DNA of 63,865 nucleotides from Owenia fusiformis (Eukaryota): NCBI GenBank assembly GCA_903813345.2, contig CAIIXF020000001.1, positions 46,004,001 to 46,067,865 of the forward strand, read 5' to 3'. Shown piece by piece: positions 49,855 to 60,535 of this stretch (position 1 is its first letter; each line of letters starts with the position of its first letter). The notes under the pieces were generated by a model. It saw only the letters and a program-made list of their open reading frames with translations, ran no database searches and was not told where the DNA came from. The position numbers and the translations under genes were made by a program.

Positions 49855-51507
49855 AATGCAGTTACGTGAAATGGCGTGTTCTGATAGGCTCGAATTGGTC
49901 ACACTTTGCCCAACCATGGTTGAATGAAGTACCTGGCAGTTTGACAATTTTATACTTACTACCACCGACCCAAATTATGCATAAGTTTTGGTCCAAACAA
50001 TAGGAAGTCGTGCATAGCTAAGATATAGCAGCATAACAAGGAATTAACATGCAAAATGTCACCACCTGCCATTTGTTACAGACGCCAACCGCAGAATACC
50101 GTCCACGAAAAGTGTTGAAGACTATAACAATATGTCCCAATTTATAATTATGACATGAAATTTATGATCTCAAGTAGCATTAAATTCGCGGACTCAACTA
50201 CCAGCTTTCGGCTGACGGATTAACCACCTTTCAAATGAATTTGATTTTAAAAGCTGTTATCGGTCAGCCGGCGGTTGAAATTGCGAATGCACACTTAGAT
50301 TAGAGTCGTCGCACAATCTGTACGCTCTGACCCTTAGATATTAAACATTTTTGTGAAACCTGTTTTCGAACTGAGTTCGATGCATTCGTGCAATTTTGAA
50401 TTAATCTTGAGAACAGCAATTGTTAATAATGATTATTAGCTTGCATGATTGAAATTATTTTAGAATTGATTGACATTATAAAACTATGAAGCGTAATAAA
50501 TACACGTTTGTTTCGCAGCATTCAATTTTAACCCTTTATGTCCTGATAATGTAATATAAATCAAACATCAATTCTATAAATGATCTGGTATATTAGCCAT
50601 TATCATAATTGTTGATTCAACTGTGCACTCCTCCACAATTAACTGTATGGAACACTATTGTTGCATTGTAAAATGACATAGATGTCAAGGTAAAATCAGC
50701 TTTTAAGTATTATTTTCTTCACCGTTTATGCATTAAAACAAACTCTAATCTGTGGATATACATGAAACAACAACAGAGTACATATTGTACAAACAATATA
50801 TGCCAATATCGTAATAAAGGTAAGAGGTTTTTGTCGATTCGTTATTTTTTGTTCGTAGAATTGGAAATCTTAGTGGATGTCTTTGATTGTATACTGTAGT
50901 TTATGTCATAGAAAATGCTCTCAAGTTTTACTGAAGTATTGTGAATGTATGCGAATTCTAAATAAAAGACTTTTGACATTTCAAAAACGTCTACCTGAAG
51001 AGATATTTCTTTCGTATCTTCTTTCGACAACTTACGCTATAATACAACTACACATGTATGAATTATCTACCAACTCCAGGGGCGTAGACAGCTTTCAATC
51101 AGGTGGGGGGGGGGGGGGGGGTGCGTAGAAGCTTCAAATAAAAATAATTTTAAAGCTAATTTCTTCCTTTATCTTTATTTATATTTTTATTGGTTAAGGG
51201 GGCGCCGATCGCACCCCCCCTGGCTACGCCTTTGACCTCGACCTCACTGTCCAAGTAACAGAGAACAACATGTAAAACGGACCCTTCTGCCATCTTGGTA
51301 TTTCTTAGATATTACTGAAAACTCAAGTAGTCATCGCATTACATCAATAAACTGTGATCATTGGCAGGATACCTTACCCCTTGCAGAGCATCCAAAATGG
51401 ATTGAAATAATAAATAATATAATATGCTTTGTTGATATGAATTCCTGATTTAATTGAAATCTATCAAATTAAATTAATATTAGTTCTATTATATTCAATA
51501 TGACTAG

Positions 51508-54500
51508 ATGCTGTTTAATGCCGCTGGAATGCTACATGTAGTACTGTTGGTGGTTAGTTTGCTCGATCATGCAGCCGGTGGTGAATTGAATGATGGTACT
51601 GAACTTTATGAATGCATATCAGATGCTGGAAACTTCGTTGACGTGTAGGTTGTCTTTTTCGCATCTGATATTGTCTAAAGTTAACAGTAACTAGAATGTG
51701 CTGACAAGGTAACATTTGTCTTTTTTGCAAATATTGCTGCTATATATTAATCATATTACAAAGCAATATCAAATCAGTGCACGAACTACGAAGTGTCCAA
51801 AGGATTAGAGGCCCCGTGAATCCGTGTGACATATTTTTTCTTATAGATTATCATCTTCAAATAATCCTGGCGTGAACACGGTATGATATAGGGACTAAGA
51901 CCGTTTGTATACCACCCTTGACTACATGTAAATAATTGATGTTTTTGGGCAGGTTTAGATTTTGTTGTGACATTCTCAAGTGCAAAGACAAGTGCTGTGA
52001 CGAGCCGGAATTGATTTGCCAATGTTGTGCTAGTACTGAATCTCGGTTAATGTTGCCTCCTCTGGAATTAACGAGCAAACTAACTCTGGGTAAAGGAAAG
52101 GAGGATTTGACCTGTACAATGAAGCCATACGAACCAGGGAAAGATTCTCTTAAACCCGATTTTAGACCCGGGAAGGTACCCGACCAACGACCCGAACATG
52201 TTATTGAAATTAAACCTAATGTGACTGTTGCAACTAGATATTATCTGTACGTATTAGAACTTATTTTCAAATCCTATTTTAAGTATTGATCATTATTTCA
52301 TAACGAGAGTCGTTTGATTTAAATCATGCGATGGTTGATAGAGGAATGCTAGAGACTGTTACCGTCAATGAAATACTGCTTCATTTTAGACCAGAGTTAT
52401 GTTGTGATATCATGGCTCGTGATGGGAAGTGTAAGTCTCCTTTTGTGTGTTGCTACACAGACACTAAACCTTTTTGCGCATGCGGTAGACCAACTAATGA
52501 GGTGGCGTCAATGTTTAAGTATGTACCCATCAGAAGTCAGAGGAAAGGATCTGTCACTGTAAGCCTTGATAGAGTGAAAACTGTTACAAGTAGACTGAGA
52601 AATGATAGCAAGAATCTTTGTTTCGCTCAAAGTTCAATGGAAATCTCAAGAGATGGAACAGGTCCTGAGTGGGCATCGATGAGCATGTAAGTCTTAAGCA
52701 TATGTCCCCATTAGCAGGGTCATCCCATAATAACTATTGCAAGTTTTTAACATGGAAGCCTGTATGGCAGTCTTGCTCAACCAAAACAAATATAAACAAG
52801 TAGTGACATCTATTTATTCCGCTTTATTCAGCTATACAATATAGCAATATGTACAGGGTGTCCCGAAAGTATACCCCCCTAGGCAGACATATTCCAGTGT
52901 CCTCATAGTATGCGTCGGATATCATTTTAAAGCTTATCCAAAGTGACATTGATTTGCCAAGTATAATGGTTTAACTCCCAAATGGGAAAAAGTTACAGTC
53001 ATTTTAAAAGTTAGTGTTTTGTCAAATAAAGTTCAATTTTACAACACATTACTAGTCAATGTGTACCCCCTCGGCCATGTTAACATCAGCAATTAGTTTC
53101 AGATATGACCTTAAAAGCCCTTCAAATATGGATGTGGAATTTTATAACCCGCTTAAAACCTGTTCAGGGACTTTAGAAGAGTTTCCTTAGAGTTTCTACC
53201 CTCATTGTTCTCTTTTTCCAACTCAGGTAGAAAGCAACTTACTTTTTCACCCATTGGAATACATGTAAAATTGGCAAAGTTCAAATCATAATTGCTCAAA
53301 TCCCAGCCCATCGAATCCTCGCATCCATTCAGATCATGTAGTCCTATTCAAAAACTTCCCGTTCGGTTATATGGTGAAAAAAATATCCCACGAACGAAAA
53401 AAGATTTTGCTACATTTATAAGCGAGCATTGATTTCTGGGCCTGTAAAAAGCACGTAGGACCTGATCACCCCATTGATTTACTGAGACCGCCAAAAATAT
53501 AATTCAATTTTTTGGTTCAAAATTATAATCTGTCAGCGGTCCCTGACACTCCTACTAGCTATTACCAAACATTAATTGTCAATACATTATACGTGCCATA
53601 CATCTACAAAGTAGCAAACTAGTGTTTTAAGTACTACTTTTCCTATACCATGACCAATACCATGACCAAAACAAATCCCACGTGGGTTGTATTGACCCTC
53701 AATATCCCTCCGACCGGAAAAGAATTGCTGCTGTTAAGATGGCCCGGGAGGACACATTGACTAGTGATTTGGTGTAAAATTGAACTTAATTTTGACCAAA
53801 CACTAACTTTTGAAATGCCTGTTATTTTTTCACATTTGAGAGTCAAACCATGATACTTGGCGAATCAATGTAACTTTGGATACGCTTTAAAATGATATAT
53901 GACACATACTATGACGACACTGGTATATGTCTGCCTAGGGGGGGGGGGGGGGGGGGGGCATACTTTCGGGACACGCTGTATAGCAACTCCCTTATCATGT
54001 TTTTTGCAATATTTTTTAATATGTTGATTATTAGTCTGCTGTTAATGGTCTACATTCCAATACCAAAGCCATCTTTCCATTCATCCATTTTTCTGTATAA
54101 TTATGCACTATATGGCTTAAAATAGCTAGTTAATATTGATACATGAGCTCATTTAGGCCATGACGGTGCACAAATACCAGATCCTTTGTACTCCAACTGG
54201 ATTACGCCATTTATTGGATAAAAAATCAGACTTGGTCTCAGGAACAATATCATCGCCTTATTGTAACAGTGATATATTTGTTTGTAATTCTAATTCTAAC
54301 ACTTTGCCATCAGGGAGCCTTATTAGTACAAATAATGATACTTTAATTAGCCTAATTAAAGGGATAGGTTTCATTACTTATTAAGCTTGTATTCGCAAAT
54401 GCAACTAGCGGCTACCGGATTAACCTTTCAATTTTGATAGATTAAACCATCATTTTGAAGTTGTAATTAAGAACAACCCCTCTGAAGGTACATGTATTAA

Positions 54501-57500
54501 AGTGATATGGCCTTCGTTTAAGGCATTTTTAGCAAAATCTATTGAATATCCCACGAAGAGCAATGTCTTACCTTGCTACTGGGGTAACTTCAGCTCATAT
54601 TACTCAAGGATAGCGGAGATTTCTCATATTGAAGTGGGTACATTGAATTTGATTTCACATCGTCCACTTCGAATTTTGCACTCAAGTTGATGACGTCACC
54701 AAAGTATGTTTGTTTACACATTTTCTTGCATTTCGTTCAGAGCAATATTGCATATAAAACTTGGGAGAAAATGTGACCTACTTTTGAAAAGAGTAATTTT
54801 CGTGTTCTGTACATAGTGATTACATAATGTTTTATTAATTATGTGTTCCTGATATAATAGTTATTCTTTTGCAAGAAAGAGATTCAGTGATTGTATAGAA
54901 AACCGTCAGAAATAAGTGGAACCTAGAATATGAAAAAATTCTCCTAACCTCTCAATTGGAATAGCTCACAGGTCATAGCCTCGTTCTGATTATTAGTCAC
55001 ATGACCTTTGACTAGGGAATCCCAAACAATGTGCAAGTGTGAGCAAATTTATTTCTGTTGAAAACGCTGAATTGTGAAGTCAAAACACAACCAAGGTCAG
55101 TAAAAACGATGTTTATATGTACCAATGTGCTTTGGGATTCAGTTTTTCTTATTCATATGTAGGTTGAACTAACATTTCATCCATTCCACATTACTTTAAT
55201 ACGATTTTGATTGGGTATGTTTAATATTTCTTATAAAAAATAATGTTTGAATTTATTGCCCGCTGTGACGGAGCAGTTTTAACTGTGAACTACGTTAAGC
55301 ATTTAAGATTCAAATTATGAATTTTAAAAGTACCCTTATAGGAGAGAAAGTCTCAAATCACCTTCCTAATTCATGACAAGTAGTATGAGACATCTGGAGT
55401 AAAATAAATCTGAGATATAAAAACGACCACTCTTTCAGCATTTTCTAATACGTTTTTAATTTGTAATTATTTGTAATTATTATCTAAAAATATAAATATC
55501 TTGGTAAACGTGCTGGAACCTGTATCAATGAACATCTTTCTCTTGTGAACACCTCTTCTCATCACATATTCCTCTGACTTCTGTATGAAACTTCCTCTAT
55601 GGAGTGAACATATACCAACTGGGAACACACTTTGGGGCTCCATATGTGTTCAATGTACACTTGTTTTACTGTAGTTGCATCAGATAACCATAACTCTTAT
55701 TCAAATAAAGAACAATCTTAAAATCTAATTTTGCATTTTCGTATTTCAAGATACACTCCACTTACCTTTTGGAACGACTATAGAGTTCATATAATACCAT
55801 TATATGTATTTAGCTTCATCTTCATCAAATAATTTTAGTTCAAATAATCAAGTTAATTTCCATGTCAGGTGATGAATCCACAGTTGGCACTACGAGAGGC
55901 AAATACCTTTAACTGAATACTTTACGAAAGAGATTTGACGTTCGCTCCTCTAAAGTGTAGTTGTAAAATATATATTATAAATCTTAAATTCTTAACGTAT
56001 TTCAAATCAGAAACAGGTCAGTCAAAGAGGACAAAAAATTTAAACATTATTTTTTATAAAAAAATTAAAAATACCCAATCAATACATCAAGATCTCAGTA
56101 ATACCTTCAGAGTTATGCTGAAAACATATGTAAATGATCATGAAATGGTACATTTTGGAATACGATACTCCGGCGCCGTTTTCAATAGCTTTTACTCTTA
56201 GCGTTGTTGGACTTCACGCTCCGTCACAGTGGACAGAATTTTCGATACCAGCTTGTGATTATTTACCATTGTTTTATTCAAGACTACCAACGCCATATAC
56301 TCAAATATTTTCAAATTGTTCTAGGTACCATTAAGGGACAATATAATATATAGTTAAATGTAATTGCAGGAATACAATGTGTTGTGATATCTGGGGCCCT
56401 ACCTTTGTAGGAGGATGCTGTCATAAACCTGAATTTCAATACTGTTATGACTGTGCAGACGACCCTGCGCGCAGAAAGAAACGACAAAATGGAGAGAAAA
56501 ATTGTCTGGTGCGCGTCTCTAAAGAGATGAATTTTATCAATATCAACGGGAAGTCAAGATCAGTTGCGAAGACCCCAGTATTTAGCTTGTAAGTGCTTGT
56601 GCTAATTGTATTTTAATCATACCGGTACAATCTTGGCTCTATGTACATTTTTCATTTTTACGGATGGCTCGGTACATTTATAAAGATCGTTTATACATAA
56701 TTAATGGACAATTTTGCTTCCCCTCTCAAACACATTTTTCACATTGTTAGTTTCTTCCCTTCCAGTGCTGCGTTTTGCTGTAGTATTATGAAATGCAAGA
56801 TGTGTAGGTCTGCCTATAGATGGCCATTCTGCCGTTGCTCCGATTCAAAGATACCCGATAGCAGTTTGTCCCCGATCCCACGTCACATTGATTCTAGGTA
56901 CCATACTTTTGTCGTTCATGGAGACTACTACTTTTAAACGAGTTTGATGAGTTTGTTTTTGTTTATGCGTGTGTTCCTAATTGTTAGTGATCCTTTTAAT
57001 TCCTGCGTTCAATTGTAGGTATGATGCGTGTTGTGCTTCTAAAAATTGTAAGGAAGATTGCTGTTTCGACGATGTCTATCCGTTTTGTAAATGCTGTCCT
57101 TGTGGCCAGGGAGCGCAACCGGGAAGAATTATTAAAAAGACCAACAGAAAGATGATAGGAAAGCTGACTAACGCCAAGTGTGCTAAACCACCTCCAATTT
57201 GCATTACAACTGATGAATCTATAACACTGCCAAATTATGTTGATTTGTAAGTTCCATAGTTTGAAACTGTATGGTTTCCTTTTCGTTCAGACTTTTATGA
57301 TGAGATGTGAATCAAAACATGCGATATGCTTTTTTCACTCACCATATTTCGAAGTCCGTATTACAAAAATTTATTACGCAAATGCAATTCGCCCATCTGA
57401 CTTAAATATTTCAAATGGTATCAAACTGGAGATGTTATACTTGTACGACGTAAATATTTAATTTAAGTTTACTTATTAAAGGTATTTGGGCTGTTGTAAA

Positions 57501-58110
57501 GATAGCAACTGTCAGAATAAGTGTTGTCGGACACAAAAAGGTCCTTATTGCAAATGTTGTGATATGGACACAACGAAAGCTTATCAATATGGCACCGTGG
57601 GAAATCGTAACAACGCTAAATGCAACGTCGGTGATTTTTACGAAGAAGCCTGTCATGTACAGGTTGCTCCCCCAATGGCAATCCTTGCAAGGACACCAGA
57701 AATAACTAAAGACAAATGTCAGTCCCAGATTTTTGTGTAAGTTTTGGCATACCACAACCTTTAATGTACTTCAGGCCTAGGATATTTGGTATACTTTTCT
57801 TTCCTCCATCTTACCCAATGTTACACGTATCTTTGTTTGAAACTGTTTGCAACAGGTTTTAAGTCAAGTTTTTAATATTAGTGAAACAAGGTCATCCTGC
57901 GATATGTTTATTATGATTTGTATATGCATTAATTATATTCGAAGTCTCCTTTTCAGGTATGAGATTTGCTGTGCTATAAGGCGATGCGCCAAAGGAGCAT
58001 GCTGTGTCGCGGAAAATAGTACCCGAGCGGCGGCGACATGCTATTGCTGTGGTGATGAAATAAAACCTGTGACAATTCCAAGGACACTAGAAAAAATTGC
58101 GGATAATTAA
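51508..58110 (+). CDS. Secreted multi-module Cys-rich protein, paralog B (571 aa); join(51508..51644,51953..52246,52390..52686,56370..56588,56766..56897,57019..57246,57482..57736,57957..58110)
   Basis: Signal-peptide-like exon 1 (MLFNAAGMLHVVLLVVSLLDHAAG). Seven phase-2 GT-AG introns. Internal exons are 294/297/219/132/228/255 nt. Exons begin FRFCC, PELCC, NTMCC, AAFCC, YDACC, YLGCC, YEICC. Segments shared with paralog A include EVASMFKY.PI.S, EMNFIN, LPNYVDL and CCRT..GP.C.CC. Confidence 0.9.
52854..53978. mobile_element. Tc1/mariner-type non-autonomous element (TA TSD) in intron 3 of paralog B
   Basis: TA|CAGGGTGTCCCGAAAGTATACCCCCCTAGGCAGACATA ... TATGTCTGCCTAGG(G)nCATACTTTCGGGACACGCTG|TA. 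Confidence 0.8.
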
Positions 58111-58211
58111 ATATAGTCGTCTATTACTTATATACTCTGATCTACTTAATGTCGTTGAAAATACGTATCCCCTAATACAGGTCATTCAGTACATTTTAGA
58201 GATATATAGAG

Positions 58212-58353
58212 ATTATCTTATATGAGGTTCAGGATATTGGGATAATCCCGAGGCAAATATAATATAATTGCCCGAGGGCCGCAGGTCCCGAGGGAAAATA
58301 TATTATATTGGCCAAGGGATAATCCCAATATCCTGAACCGACTATAGGATAAT
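58212..58353. repeat. ~140-bp palindrome, probably the end of a non-autonomous element extending to ~58710
   Basis: GGTTCAGGATATTGGGATAATCCC...AATATAATATA pairs with TATATTATATT...GGGATAATCCCAATATCCTGAACC around the centre CCCGAGGGCCGCAGGTCCCGAGGG. Confidence 0.75.
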
Positions 58354-60535
58354 ATGTTTATCCCATACCAATCTTGGTCATCTGGTTCACATTGTTCAAT
58401 CGTGGAAATATTTTAGAATATTCATGTCCAGTTTTGTTTTCTTGGCCGTGGGTGGATTTTCCTGTTCCCTCAAATATTCCCACATTTATTTTCTCGAATT
58501 TTTGATTGATTACGTGGATGCTCCTTCCCTTTTTTAAACCAGTAAACAGATCCCGATTATCTGTGTTTTCTCCATTGTCATTTACAGTCATTACGCGAAC
58601 ATTACAAATTATGAACAAATATGCGAGCGGCGATTATGACGTAGTGGGCAGATATACTATATCTGCCCGCTCGGAGCGGGACGTAAAGCTATATCTGCCC
58701 GCTGATGAAAATATATGTTTTTACAAACTGGCTTTATGTACCTGTAACACGTCCAAGTATGGGCTAAGTACATATATGTCGATTTAGACCGTTTTTAGAA
58801 GTTTTAGTTCATTTAATGTAACAGATCATCAACAAGCATTTCCTTTCAATTATATTTCAAACAATCAAGCAAAATTAGGCGCGTAATACTGACGAAATTA
58901 AAGATATCATTAAATTGAAACTTTTAGGGGGTTCCCCAAGGGATTTCCCATACAAATGTAAGTCATTGGATGTAACCTTTAAATCTCTAAGATGTCCATA
59001 TCATGCATTATTTCCGATGTTTATTAGGTGGTTTAGCTCAGTATTGATGAACACATGAATATACTTACTTACTTGTACCTGTGAATTACCCTATCAGAAT
59101 CAAACATCTTTATTTATTAAAATTCAATTAATAGAAATGTTCATACTTTATCTAGTTATTTGGGAGTCAAACCCAACCCAAGAAATGTTAGTTTCTTAGT
59201 GTAAGTCCACACAACTAATGTAATATTGTATGAACAACCTCTGCTTTTACAAGGACTTGGGACCTTCTAGCAAAGCTAAGTGGCACTACAAGTCTGTTGG
59301 TGGTAACTAAACTTGGAGCATCGCTCTCCTGTCACCAGATTGTGACAGGTTCCCCTTCCTGCTGAGAGGAGTTGCCTTGAAAAAGGCTGTTGGGGCTGCA
59401 ACCATTACGTAAACTGCAGTTTTTGTGACATTTGCAATTTTTTCAAAATGGCGGAGGAAGGTATTTTTACTTAATTCTCTGTCATTTGCTCAGTGTAATA
59501 CTAATTTCTATTACCTCAAGCAAAAAACAAAGAGAAAAATAAAAAACATACTTTTCTACCCCATTTTGAAAAAAATTGTAAATGCTAAAAAACTGCACAC
59601 AGACTGCTTCACAGACTACAGATTAGATGTTGGGCGGAGGCAGGAGATTGGTGTGAAGGCTGGAGAGGCAATCTAGGACTTCGGAGGGGGTTCAGGATGG
59701 GACTTTTCCTGGCGCTTCTTGTTTAAAACATTAAAGTCCATCAAATTTCCCGCCATTTTTCAAAAAAAGTTGAAATTTCTTAATCATCAAATATTCTTAA
59801 TGCATTTCAAAAAAGATTATCTTTTTAACACCAATGCAAAGATTGAACAAAAGACATACTATTTCAATAATAAAATGTCATATTTAATGGGCCACTTCAA
59901 TGTTTTAGCTTATCAAAAATATTTTGAAACATTAGTGATGTCACTAAGGTAACAAAAACTTTTTGAAAAAAATTAAATTTTTTTTTTCGATGTCAATCTT
60001 TTCTAAATATGCTAGACTTTCATAAAAAACAATGTTGATTGTCTAACCAGGTTAAAAGGAAGAATAAATTATGTTTTAGATATCATTGTACCATTGGTTT
60101 CCATGAGAACTAAAATTTTGAAATGCATTTTTCTCAGAACCATTTTCATGCACTGATAAGTTCATTTCTCGCTTGTTTATCAACCGATTTTCTTAAATTT
60201 TTCGGCAAAAAACATGGGAGGATGAATGCTATGCATTAGTATGAATTGTGGCTAATTAGAAGATATGAGTGACCTCTAAAAGTTGGTTTTAAATAAATTC
60301 ACAAATTTTGGAACAAAAAGTCTATCAAAAACCACTTTTTGAAATTTAAAAAAAAAGTTTCACATATCACACTTTGATAACATTGGGTAAGACTACAATA
60401 TAAGCCAAAGTGGTTTAAACTTTACACGGGGCCTTTAACAAGTCATTTATTCTGGCAATTTTCAATTGAATTTATCCAATTTTACTTAATTTTTCTGTTT
60501 AAATCCTTATTTATTCCTTTTACAACAAATCTTAC

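Noticed and set aside
59720..60438. Possible Kolobok-like right end (ACACGGGGCCT|TTAA at ~60434)
   Set aside because: No matching left terminus found in the window, so boundaries cannot be supported.
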